Source: Thermoanaerobaculia bacterium (GTDB taxonomy: Bacteria > Acidobacteriota > Thermoanaerobaculia > UBA5066). From it: 64,000 nucleotides of DNA. The stretch lies in assembly GCA_963816185.1 (NCBI GenBank), contig CAWFJJ010000024.1, forward strand, positions 680,396 through 744,395, in the 5' to 3' direction. The notes beneath the pieces were generated by a model. It ran no database searches. It was not told the DNA's origin and saw nothing but the letters and a program-made list of their open reading frames with translations. The position numbers and the translations under genes are program-made. Shown here piece by piece: positions 11,144 through 19,949 of this stretch. The first letter of the stretch is position 1. Each line of letters begins with the position of its first letter.

Positions 11144-12106
11144 GTGAACGACGCCGCCCCGAAGGCCGCGGGCGGCGCCCGGCGCCGGCGGCGCGGCGGG
11201 CGCGGACGATCGGGCGCCAAGCCACAGGCGCCCGAGGACCTAGCCGATGCCCCGTTTCCGGAGGCCGAACCCGTTTTCGCCGCCCCGCCCCCCGTCCCCG
11301 TCACGTCGAATTTCATCGAGGGCATGGGGACCCCGCCGCCGGCAGGAGCCATGAATCAGGAAGAACAGAATCTCGCCCTCTTCATCGACATCGACAACCT
11401 CCTCATTGGATTGCGCGAGACCGGGCATCCGAAGTTCGACGTCAAGCTCCTCATCTCGCGGCTGTTGGAGAAGGGGAAGATCGTCGTCAAGCGCGCGTAT
11501 GCCGACTGGAGCCGCTACACGGAGTACAAGCGCGCCTTCCACGAAAGCGCGTTCGAGCTCATCGACATCCCGCAGCATCGCATGACCGGAAAGAACTCGG
11601 CCGACATCCGGATGGTCGTCGACGCGATGGACCTCGCCTCGAACAAAGAGCACATCACGACGTTCGTCATCGGTTCGGGCGACTCGGATTTCTCTCCGCT
11701 CGTGTCGAAGCTGAAAGAGAACAACAAGCAGGTGCTCGGCTTCGGCGTCAAGGGCTCGACCTCGGAGCTGCTCATCGACAACTGCGACGAGTTCCTCTAC
11801 TACGAGGACCTCGTCCGCGAGAAGACGAAGACGGCGTCCCTCCAAGGCCTGCCCGAGAAGACCGCCGAGGCGTTCTCCCTGCTCATGGACTCCATCCTCG
11901 CGTTGAAGCGCGAGAACAAAGAGATCCTCTGGGGCTCGATGGTCAAGCAGACCATGCAGCGGAAGAACCCGTCGTTCAACGAGAGCTATTACGGCTTCCG
12001 TGCGTTCTCGGAGCTGCTCGAGGCTGCCGAAGAGTCGAAAGTCATCAGCCTGAAGCGCGACGCGAAGAGCGGCTCGTACATCATCACGGGCTTCGGGAAC
12101 ACCTGA
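11144..12106 (+). CDS. NYN domain protein with C-terminal OST-HTH/LOTUS (alternative start ATG 11351)
   Basis: ALFIDIDN, RAYADW, KNSADI, SGDSDFSPL; YYGFRAFSELL. Confidence 0.9.
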   Translation: MNDAAPKAAGGARRRRRGGRGRSGAKPQAPEDLADAPFPEAEPVFAAPPPVPVTSNFIEGMGTPPPAGAMNQEEQNLALFIDIDNLLIGLRETGHPKFDVKLLISRLLEKGKIVVKRAYADWSRYTEYKRAFHESAFELIDIPQHRMTGKNSADIRMVVDAMDLASNKEHITTFVIGSGDSDFSPLVSKLKENNKQVLGFGVKGSTSELLIDNCDEFLYYEDLVREKTKTASLQGLPEKTAEAFSLLMDSILALKRENKEILWGSMVKQTMQRKNPSFNESYYGFRAFSELLEAAEESKVISLKRDAKSGSYIITGFGNT

Positions 12107-12152
12107 AGCGCTCGAGACGCGTCCGAAGAGAACGAAGAGAAGATTTCTTAGA

Positions 12153-12809
12153 ATGAGTAAGAGGGGCCCGGGGCGTGGCGGTGTGCGCCGAGCAGACGTT
12201 TCTCGTCGCGCGTCGCGGGAGCCCAAGCCCGATTCAACTTCTAAGAAAATCCTCGGTTCTCTTCGGACCTTCCCCTCGATCTGGCCTGTCATCTCCCGCG
12301 AGACGCTCGGCAGCTTCAAGGTCTTCGCGGTCCGGCGCGAGATGCTGCGTTCTCCCCGGACGAATCTCCCGCACCCGTTCTACGTTCTCGATTGCCCGGA
12401 CTGGGCGAACGTGGTCGCGCTGACTGACCGGAACGAGGTCGTCCTCGTCAGGCAGTTCCGCGCGGGCACGCGCTCGGTCACGCTGGAGATCCCGGGCGGC
12501 GGCGTGGAGGCGCACGACGGCTCGGCACTCGTGGCGGCCCGCCGCGAGCTGCGCGAGGAGACGGGCCACGTGGCGCGAAGCTGGAACCGCCTCGGTGTCG
12601 TGGAACCGAATCCGGCCATCCTGTCGAACCGGTGCACGACGTATCTCGCGCGCGGGTGCCGGCCCGTCGGGGATCTCATCCCCGACGCTGGCGAAGACCT
12701 CGCCGTGGAGCTCGTGCCGTTGACCAGCATCCCGGGCCTCATCCGGCGCGGCCGCATCACACATTCTCTGGTGATCGCGGCTTTTCACTTTCTTTCGCTC
12801 GCGGGTTGA
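12153..12809 (+). CDS. NUDIX hydrolase (ADP-ribose pyrophosphatase-like)
   Basis: EIPGG...ARRELREETG Nudix box; LVRQFR. Confidence 0.9.
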   Translation: MSKRGPGRGGVRRADVSRRASREPKPDSTSKKILGSLRTFPSIWPVISRETLGSFKVFAVRREMLRSPRTNLPHPFYVLDCPDWANVVALTDRNEVVLVRQFRAGTRSVTLEIPGGGVEAHDGSALVAARRELREETGHVARSWNRLGVVEPNPAILSNRCTTYLARGCRPVGDLIPDAGEDLAVELVPLTSIPGLIRRGRITHSLVIAAFHFLSLAG

Positions 12810-12853
12810 GATCGGGGCACAACCGTCCCTAGAATCCCTCCCGGGAGGGAGCC

Positions 12854-13831
12854 ATGAAGAAGCTCGGTGCAGCCGCGGTCGTTCTCGTCGCCTGCTCGGG
12901 AGCCTTTCTCGTCGCGAGCACGAAGACGCCTGCCGTGAGGACCTTCGAAGCCACGTACGTCGGGACGATCGCGGCGCTTCCCGCCGCGGCGAAGAAGGCG
13001 GAGGTGTGGATCCCGCTGCCGTCGGACGGCCCCTACCAGGCGATTTCCGACATCAAGGTGGATGCGCCGGCCCCCTTCACGCTCGAAACGGACTCGATGG
13101 GAAATCGGATGGCGCATTTTGTGCTCGAGAAGCCAGAGCAGTTCGGGAAGGACGTAGTGGTCAAGGCCACGTATCGCGTCACGAGGCGGGAAGCCGTCAC
13201 TCCCTCTCCGGGCAGTGCGAAGACGGCCGAGCCTCCCCGCGCAGCAGCTTTTCTGAAGCCGAACCGGCTCGTGCCGCTCACGTCCCGCGTGAAGGAGCTC
13301 GCCGACACCCTGTCCGCCGGCAAGACCGGCGCCGTCTCCAAGGCACACGCGTTTTACGACTATCTCGTCGACAACGGCACGTACGAAAAGGTGACGCCTG
13401 GCTGGGGCAAGGGCGATTCGGAGCGCTTCTGCGACATCAAGAAGGGAAACTGCACCGATTTCCATTCGGCGTTCATGGCGCTCGCGAGGTCCGAGGGCAT
13501 TCCGGTGCGCTTCTCGATCGGCTTTCCGCTCCTGCATGACAAGGAGGGCATCGTTCCCGGATACCACTGCTGGGCCGAGTTCTGGGCGCCAGGACAGGGT
13601 TGGGTGCCGATCGACGCGTCGGACGCGGCGAAGACGAAGGAGCCCGTGAAGAAGGCGTACCTCTTCGGCCACCTCGACCCGGACCGCTTCGACATCACGA
13701 CCGGCCGCGATCTCACGCTGTCCCCGCCCCAGAAGGACGGCCCTTTGAACTTCTTCATTTACCCGTACGTCGAGGTGGACGGGAGGGCCTTCGCGGAGAC
13801 GAAGATCCGGCTCGAATATCACGATCTGTGA
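12854..13831 (+). CDS. Transglutaminase-like exported protein
   Basis: GNCTDFH, YHCWAEF, GWVPID catalytic triad. Confidence 0.9.
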   Translation: MKKLGAAAVVLVACSGAFLVASTKTPAVRTFEATYVGTIAALPAAAKKAEVWIPLPSDGPYQAISDIKVDAPAPFTLETDSMGNRMAHFVLEKPEQFGKDVVVKATYRVTRREAVTPSPGSAKTAEPPRAAAFLKPNRLVPLTSRVKELADTLSAGKTGAVSKAHAFYDYLVDNGTYEKVTPGWGKGDSERFCDIKKGNCTDFHSAFMALARSEGIPVRFSIGFPLLHDKEGIVPGYHCWAEFWAPGQGWVPIDASDAAKTKEPVKKAYLFGHLDPDRFDITTGRDLTLSPPQKDGPLNFFIYPYVEVDGRAFAETKIRLEYHDL

Positions 13832-14822
13832 CGGTGAGGGGCCCTGACCCGTCGATTGCGAACGCAACGCGCGCGAGCCGAGTCGGAGTCTCGGCCTCCA
13901 TCCACGTCGCCACACGCCGGTCGGCGGTGAGCGCGAGCGTTCCGGGCACCGGCAGAAGGGGCGCATGGAGGACACGGCGCGAGGCCGCCCCCTCCGGCGC
14001 ATCGGGGCGTGACCCGACGACGAGGGCGAGATTCCCGATTTCGCCCTCGATCCTGACGACGGCAGGCTCGGGCCCGAGCGTGAGCCAGACCTCCTGGGGA
14101 AAAGGTGCTCCACCGGAACCGCGGAGACGCCGGACCGCCCGCGCCGCGGCGCGCAGGCGGCGAGCCTTCGAGGGGTCGGGCTCGAGTCCTTCGAGATGCT
14201 GGCTCGCATCGGTCAACCGGCGGTCGAGAGCGGCGAGATCGTCCGTCTTTCCGGCGGCGAGGAGGAGGCGTGCGAGGTCGGGTGCCGCGCGCTCGAGGCG
14301 GCGCGAGACGCCTTCGGCGACGCGCGGCGTCTGGACGGACTCGGCGAAGGTCAGCCAGGCGACCGTCGCCTCCCATTTCGCGACGAGCGTCTGGCCGGGC
14401 AGGGGGAAACGCGCGCGGAGCGCGCCCGCGAGCGCGCGCTCGCGAAGCCCGAGGAGCGGTCCCGCTGCGTCGGCCGGCACGTCGGCAAGGGCCCGGCGAA
14501 AGGCCTCGCCGTCGTAGATGCGAACCTGTCGCCCGAGCTTCGGGTCGAACGGCGTCGCGAACGAGACACCCTCGGGCGGGGCGCCGGGACGCGCGGCAAG
14601 CCGCTCCGCCGTCTCTCCGAGGAGAACCTCGGCCAGCGGATCGGGCGTACCTTCGGCTCTGAGGCGGGCGGCGCCCCGCGCGAGGAGGGCCGCCGCGAGC
14701 GGAAGGCGCATGTCGTCGGCTGCGAGATACCGGCCCACGACGACGAGGTTCCTGCTGCCTTCGGGCCCTTCCGCGAAGAGGGAATCGGAAGAGAGAGCCG
14801 CGACGAGGAGCGCGGCGATCAT
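13755..14822 (-). CDS. Hypothetical exported protein
   Basis: ATG 14822 overlaps the SPFH stop; signal-like N-terminus MIAALLVAAL. Confidence 0.6.
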   Translation of the reverse strand: MIAALLVAALSSDSLFAEGPEGSRNLVVVGRYLAADDMRLPLAAALLARGAARLRAEGTPDPLAEVLLGETAERLAARPGAPPEGVSFATPFDPKLGRQVRIYDGEAFRRALADVPADAAGPLLGLRERALAGALRARFPLPGQTLVAKWEATVAWLTFAESVQTPRVAEGVSRRLERAAPDLARLLLAAGKTDDLAALDRRLTDASQHLEGLEPDPSKARRLRAAARAVRRLRGSGGAPFPQEVWLTLGPEPAVVRIEGEIGNLALVVGSRPDAPEGAASRRVLHAPLLPVPGTLALTADRRVATWMEAETPTRLARVAFAIDGSGPLTVTDRDIRAGSSSPRRPSRPPRRTGK

Positions 14823-16009
14823 CGTGAAGTCCCACTCGCGATGCGCTTGCTCATCTCGGGTGCGAGGATGTCTGCAGTCAGATTCGGCATCACGATAACC
14901 TGCACCTTGTCGCCAAGCTTTTCGGCGAGGGTCTTGTTGACCCAGGTCGGGTTCGCCTGGATGAGCTCCACCTCCCGCTTGAGATTCTCGAACTGTGCGA
15001 GAGACGTTTGACGGATCGCGTAGGCCTCGGCCTCGGCCATGGTCTTGCGCCGCGAGGCCTCGGCCTCGGCCTGGATCTTCATCGTCTCGGACTGTGACTG
15101 CGCGTCCTTCAGCTTTCGTGCCTTCTGGGCCTCGGCCTCGAGCTCCTGCTGCTTGATCCCCTTCTCCTTGAGCGGCAGGATGTAGGTCATCGCGTCGGCC
15201 TCGGCCTTCGCCTCGATGAGGCGGCGATTCGCGGCCGCCTCGGCCTCCTTGTCGGAGCGGGCCTTGCGCGCCTCTGCCTCGAGCCGCTGCTGCTCGATCT
15301 CCTGCTTCTTGAAGCGGAGGTTCGCCTCGGTGCGTTCGACGAGCTGTGACTGCTCGAGGAGCGCGAGGCGGCCGCGCTCGAACTCGATCGGCAGCTTGAG
15401 ATCGCTCACGAGCACGTCCTTGAGAACGATGCCGGTCTCGGCGAGGCGCTCGCCGGCCTGCTTCGCGGCCCGTGCCGCGAGCTCCTCCCGTTTGCTCGCG
15501 AGAAGCGACGGAGCGTCGTACTCGGGCGCGATGGCGCGAAAGGCGGACGCGAGAACCGGCCCGACGACTTCGGGTCCCGGGTCGGCAGGCAGGCCTTCCC
15601 ATCGCACGAGGAGCTGCCCGCGGTCGAGAGCCCAGCGTGCCTGGATGACAAGCCCGACCGCGAAACCGTCCCGCGTCGGAATGGTGAACGAAGCGGCGGG
15701 CCCTGCGAGCAGCTGATCCGATACCCGAACGCGCCTGAGGACGTACAGCGAGCCCGGGAGAAAGTGGCTTCCCGGCGAAACGATGCGGGTGGAGCCGGTG
15801 AACTTGCCGATGACGAGGCCGACGTCGCCGGGCGCCACAGACTTGAAGCTTCGCTCGACCCAGCGCACACCGGACCACAGGGCGACGACGAGCGTCGCTC
15901 CGAGGAGGATGTTGCGCAGGGGCAGGTGTTGCCTCCAGCCGCCGTGGCCGCCGAGGGCGCTGAGTTTCGCGCGGAGGCTGGGAGGGTCGTCGGGATCGGT
16001 GCCGTTCAT
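14819..16009 (-). CDS. SPFH/band 7 domain membrane protein with coiled-coil
   Basis: TM segment then VAPGDVG, TRDG, long EA-rich coiled-coil; AAGGAG RBS. Confidence 0.85.
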   Translation of the reverse strand: MNGTDPDDPPSLRAKLSALGGHGGWRQHLPLRNILLGATLVVALWSGVRWVERSFKSVAPGDVGLVIGKFTGSTRIVSPGSHFLPGSLYVLRRVRVSDQLLAGPAASFTIPTRDGFAVGLVIQARWALDRGQLLVRWEGLPADPGPEVVGPVLASAFRAIAPEYDAPSLLASKREELAARAAKQAGERLAETGIVLKDVLVSDLKLPIEFERGRLALLEQSQLVERTEANLRFKKQEIEQQRLEAEARKARSDKEAEAAANRRLIEAKAEADAMTYILPLKEKGIKQQELEAEAQKARKLKDAQSQSETMKIQAEAEASRRKTMAEAEAYAIRQTSLAQFENLKREVELIQANPTWVNKTLAEKLGDKVQVIVMPNLTADILAPEMSKRIASGTSR

Positions 16010-16245
16010 CTTCGTCTCCTTCGCGGCGGAAGGGCCGCACGGAGGCGTCTTCACGAACGATGCCGGGCACCCCGTGCCGTGGACGGGGCGCTCTTCGCTC
16101 ATCCGCGATCTCTGTTTCGAAGAAACATACTCCGCATCGCATGATTCCGCCATCACACGCATCACACGGGATGAGAGACGCCGCGCGGCACGAAGCATGA
16201 AACGCCCTCTCCGGGCGCGGACAGGACCCGCGCCGGGAGGTTCAC

Positions 16246-17769
16246 ATGTTTCGCCGCTATCTCGCCCCGATCCTGAGGCTTCTCGCGTTTCTCGCCCTTC
16301 TCGCGTCGCCCCTCGTCCTCGCGGCGATCGCCCGCGCCGAGGAGCCGGAAGGAAAGGACCTCGTCGCGCTCCGCTCGCTCGTCCTCGGCGAGACGCCGAT
16401 CGATCGCTTCGGGCGCGGCGGGCGCGTCGCGGCCAGCGCTCGGGTCCAGCTTCTGGAGCGCAACGGGAGTCGCGTTCTCGTCTCGGCTCCTGCCTGGGGC
16501 TCGGTCGCTGCGGCGCGCGGCTTTGCAGACTCCTCGGCGTTCTTCGTCCTCGACGATCCGCTGGAGCCGATCGACCGGCTCGTGACCAACGCGCGCCTCC
16601 TCCTCGAGGCCAACGATCGGCCGGTCCTCGCGGCTGCGTATCTTCACGAAGTCACTCGGCGCGATGCGGCGCATGTCGAGGCGTGGGAGCTCCTCGGCCG
16701 CGCCGGCGAGCTTCTCGCCGCGTCGGCACGGCGGGGTGAGGACGGGCGCGAGCCCGCGTCCGTCCTCCTCGCCCGGGTCTGGGGCGTGTCGCTCGTTCCG
16801 AAAGGCGACGGGAGCGGGTATCGATACGACGGCGCGGCCTACCGGCGCGTGATCGCCCTCGCTCCTCCCGCCGACGTGGCCGAGCGCGCCCGCCTGCGCC
16901 TCCTGACCTCGTGCGGGCCGGTCGTGAATCCGCTGGCGCCGGCCGATGCCGACGCCGTCTCACGACGCGAGCGCGACCTGGCCGAGTTCCTCTCTTCGTT
17001 CCCGGCGTCGCCTCGGCGCGTGCAATTCCTCCTCGAGCGTGCGCGCCTCCTGTCGTGGCTGGCCGAGGGCGCCGCCCGGCGAGGGGACCGCGAGACCTCC
17101 GCCGGCTACCGCGACGCGGCGATCGAGGCCGCCTCGGAGGTCACGGCGACGACGCCCGATGCGGCGCGCCGCCGCGCGGCCGACCGCCTCGTGGCGCGTC
17201 TCACCAAATCGCTTCCGCGCAAGATCGTTTCCGACAAGGCCGTCGTCTCCGCTTCCGGCCTGCGCGCGCAGTTCGTCGCGAAGGGCGGCGTCACGGCGCT
17301 CGTGGTGACGCGGCCTGACGGCAGGGATGCGATCCAGCCCTATCCCGTCGTCGGCGCGGATCCGGCAAGCCTTGCGTTCGACTCCACGGGCCAGAAGCTC
17401 GTGTGGGACGAGGCGCCGGCGGCCGGCCACCGAAGGACGCGCCTCCTCGACATCGTCCGGGCGCGCGTGATCGAGCCGGCAGCGGCCGCCGAGCCCGAGC
17501 TCCTGTCGGCCGGCGCTCAGGGTCCCTCGAGCGGTCAGGGGCCGGGAGAAGACCGATACACGACGTCTCTCGGCTTCTCACCGGACGGCCGCCTCCTCCT
17601 CGTCGTCTGCGAGGGGTTCACACCCGAAGGCGTGCGGATTCCGAAGCGGCACGTCCTCTGCGACACGGATGGCGCGCGCCGGCCGGTCCTCGTGGATCGC
17701 CCGTACTCGGCTCCGGGCGTCGTGGACTGGAATCGCCTGGAGCAGATGACCGGGCGGCTGAGCGGATAA
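16246..17769 (+). CDS. Hypothetical exported protein (TPR-like helices plus beta-propeller-like C-terminus)
   Basis: GGAGG RBS, signal peptide, FSPDGR/FDSTGQ repeats. Confidence 0.65.
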   Translation: MFRRYLAPILRLLAFLALLASPLVLAAIARAEEPEGKDLVALRSLVLGETPIDRFGRGGRVAASARVQLLERNGSRVLVSAPAWGSVAAARGFADSSAFFVLDDPLEPIDRLVTNARLLLEANDRPVLAAAYLHEVTRRDAAHVEAWELLGRAGELLAASARRGEDGREPASVLLARVWGVSLVPKGDGSGYRYDGAAYRRVIALAPPADVAERARLRLLTSCGPVVNPLAPADADAVSRRERDLAEFLSSFPASPRRVQFLLERARLLSWLAEGAARRGDRETSAGYRDAAIEAASEVTATTPDAARRRAADRLVARLTKSLPRKIVSDKAVVSASGLRAQFVAKGGVTALVVTRPDGRDAIQPYPVVGADPASLAFDSTGQKLVWDEAPAAGHRRTRLLDIVRARVIEPAAAAEPELLSAGAQGPSSGQGPGEDRYTTSLGFSPDGRLLLVVCEGFTPEGVRIPKRHVLCDTDGARRPVLVDRPYSAPGVVDWNRLEQMTGRLSG

Positions 17770-17778
17770 TCGCGGCGG

Positions 17779-18303
17779 ATGACGATCACGCTGAAGGAGA
17801 ACGAAGACCGGAGGCTGCGGCGAAAATCCGCAGCCTTTCGCTTGAAGCACGATGTCGGAAAAGCGCTCCGCTGGAGCGCGCCGGAAGACAGGGAAAAGGA
17901 CGCCGAGGCTCTGCGCGCGCGGCTTGCAGCCGACCTCCTGCCGCGCGCGAGCGGCGGCGGCGCGAATCGTGACGTCCTGGAAACTTTCTTCGAATGGAAG
18001 AGGGAAGAGGGGCCGTTGTTTGCGAGCGGCGATCCGGATCTGGAAGCGGTCGAGCGGGCCATGACGACGGTGGGTCGCCTCGTCCCCCGACTCGCCTCCC
18101 CCCTCTTTCCATTCAAAGAATCCTCCTCTTCTCTTTCCGAATCTTCTCTTTCCGAAAACAAGTCCCTTCCTCTCTCCGAGCCTTCCCTCGTTTCCCTCGA
18201 CGAAGCCTGTCTCGAGGCGTCGCGTGCCTGCACGGCGTTCTACCGCCGCGTCGCTCTCGACGACGGGCCGGAGATCGTGCGGCCTCTCGGAGAGCGCCGG
18301 TGA
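17779..18303 (+). CDS. Hypothetical protein with H-box-like LKHDVGK motif
   Basis: Coupled to the downstream sigma54 regulator (GTGA overlap). Confidence 0.55.
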   Translation: MTITLKENEDRRLRRKSAAFRLKHDVGKALRWSAPEDREKDAEALRARLAADLLPRASGGGANRDVLETFFEWKREEGPLFASGDPDLEAVERAMTTVGRLVPRLASPLFPFKESSSSLSESSLSENKSLPLSEPSLVSLDEACLEASRACTAFYRRVALDDGPEIVRPLGERR

Positions 18304-19949
18304 CGGCCCGTGGCCCGCGCGTTCTCGTCGTCGACGATCAGCCCAAGACCGCCGAGTTCCTGCGGCGTCACGCGCCGGATCTGGTCTTGCTCGGCCCTTC
18401 GGCGGAGAAAGCCTGGGCGGGAAGCTGGCCGGAAGCCGAGGCGGCGCTTGCGCGTGCTGGGCGAATTCCGGATCTCGTCGTTCTCGATCTGAGATTCGAC
18501 ATTTCCGACGAGGATCTCCTGCCCGACAGGCGTCCTCTCGGCGAGTCGGCGGCGGGGAAGAGGGACCGGCGGGATCGGCGGGACCGGCAGGGCCTGTTCA
18601 TCCTGGAACGCCTGCGCCACCGCGAGAGGGATCTGCCCGTCGTCCTGACGACGGCACACGAGGAGATCCCGTTCGAGGACGAGGCCCGCCGCCTTCGCGC
18701 CGACGCGTTCACGTACACGGTGGGCGAGGACGAGGCGACGGGCGAGGGGCTCGTCCGCCTCGTGCGCCGCGTTCTCGCGGAGAGCGAATCGCCTCTGTCG
18801 ACGGGAAGGTTCTTCTGGGGCCGCGGTGCCGCGATGAGGGACCTGCGCCGCCGGATCGCGTCCCTGGCGCCCACGCCGCTGCCGCTCCTCCTCACGGGAC
18901 CGACGGGTTCGGGCAAGAACTTCCTCGTGAAAGAGGTGATCCACCCCCTCTCGTCGCGCAAAGGGCCCCTCGTCTCCTTCGATTGCGCGACGGTGCCGGA
19001 GACGCTCCTGCAAGCCGCGCTCTTCGGCTCGGTGCGCGGTTCATACACGGGCTCGGTCGCGGACCGGGCGGGGGTCTTCGAGGCCGCGGCGGGCGGGACT
19101 CTCTTTCTCGACGAGATCGAGAACCTGTCTTCCGATGCCCAGAAAGCTCTTCTGACGGCGCTCAACGACGGCGTCGTGCGGCGGGTCGGGGCCACGGCCG
19201 CCGTGCCGCACACGGCGAGGATCGTGGCCGCGTCCAACGCGGACCTCAGGAAGCGCGTTCAGGACGGGCTCTTTCGCGCGGATCTTCTGATGCGCCTCAA
19301 CCCCGCGCTTGCGCTCGAGCTGCCGCCGCTGTCCGCGCGGCGCGAGGACCTCGAGGACCTCGCCGACGACTTCGCGGCGACGTTCTTCTCGGACGCGGTT
19401 CATCGTCAGGAGATCGCCGTGCAGGTGCGTGCGGCCGGAGGAGCGGAGCCGGACCGGGAAGATACGTTCGAGCTCGCGCGGGGAGAGGAAGAGGTCGCGC
19501 GGAGCCGGGCCCCGGTCGTCTTCGCCCTCCCGCGCAAGGGCTGGCAGGCGATCGCCCGTCATCCGTGGCCCGGAAACGTGCGGCAATTCGCGATGGTCCT
19601 CGCAGACCTTCTCGCGGCCACCCTGTACGGCCGAACGGCCGCCACGAAGGATCGGACGGGCCGCGTCGTCTTCACGATGGATCCGCGGCTGCTCTTCGAT
19701 CTGCTGGCCGAGGCGCGCCAGGAGGACGTGCCTTCGGCCGGCGAGGTCCTCTCTCTTCCGCGTCCGAAAGTGGAAAGCGTCGAGGGTTTCCGGCGCGAGC
19801 TCGAGCGCTCCGCCTTCCGGCAGGTGTTTCGCGAGTGCGAGGGCGACTTCGCGCGCATGGCCGAGCGCATGACGGGATCGGCGGCCGACGAACGGGCGGT
19901 GCGTCTGCGTTTCAACAAGCTCGGTCTCTCGGCTCGCCGTGGGGCGTGA
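18300..19949 (+). CDS. NtrC-like sigma54-dependent response regulator (REC-AAA+)
   Basis: VVDD, VVLDL; GPTGSGK, GSYTGS (GAFTGA variant), LFLDEI, FRADL, WPGNVR. Confidence 0.85.
   Translation: MTARGPRVLVVDDQPKTAEFLRRHAPDLVLLGPSAEKAWAGSWPEAEAALARAGRIPDLVVLDLRFDISDEDLLPDRRPLGESAAGKRDRRDRRDRQGLFILERLRHRERDLPVVLTTAHEEIPFEDEARRLRADAFTYTVGEDEATGEGLVRLVRRVLAESESPLSTGRFFWGRGAAMRDLRRRIASLAPTPLPLLLTGPTGSGKNFLVKEVIHPLSSRKGPLVSFDCATVPETLLQAALFGSVRGSYTGSVADRAGVFEAAAGGTLFLDEIENLSSDAQKALLTALNDGVVRRVGATAAVPHTARIVAASNADLRKRVQDGLFRADLLMRLNPALALELPPLSARREDLEDLADDFAATFFSDAVHRQEIAVQVRAAGGAEPDREDTFELARGEEEVARSRAPVVFALPRKGWQAIARHPWPGNVRQFAMVLADLLAATLYGRTAATKDRTGRVVFTMDPRLLFDLLAEARQEDVPSAGEVLSLPRPKVESVEGFRRELERSAFRQVFRECEGDFARMAERMTGSAADERAVRLRFNKLGLSARRGA

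Noticed and set aside
18224-19945. 1409-aa ORF N-terminal extension and other long overlapping or antisense ORFs (e.g. 19559-22459, 36405-39302, 42955-45123)
   Set aside because: Arg/Gly/Pro-rich shadow frames typical of high-GC DNA; the real genes lie in other frames.
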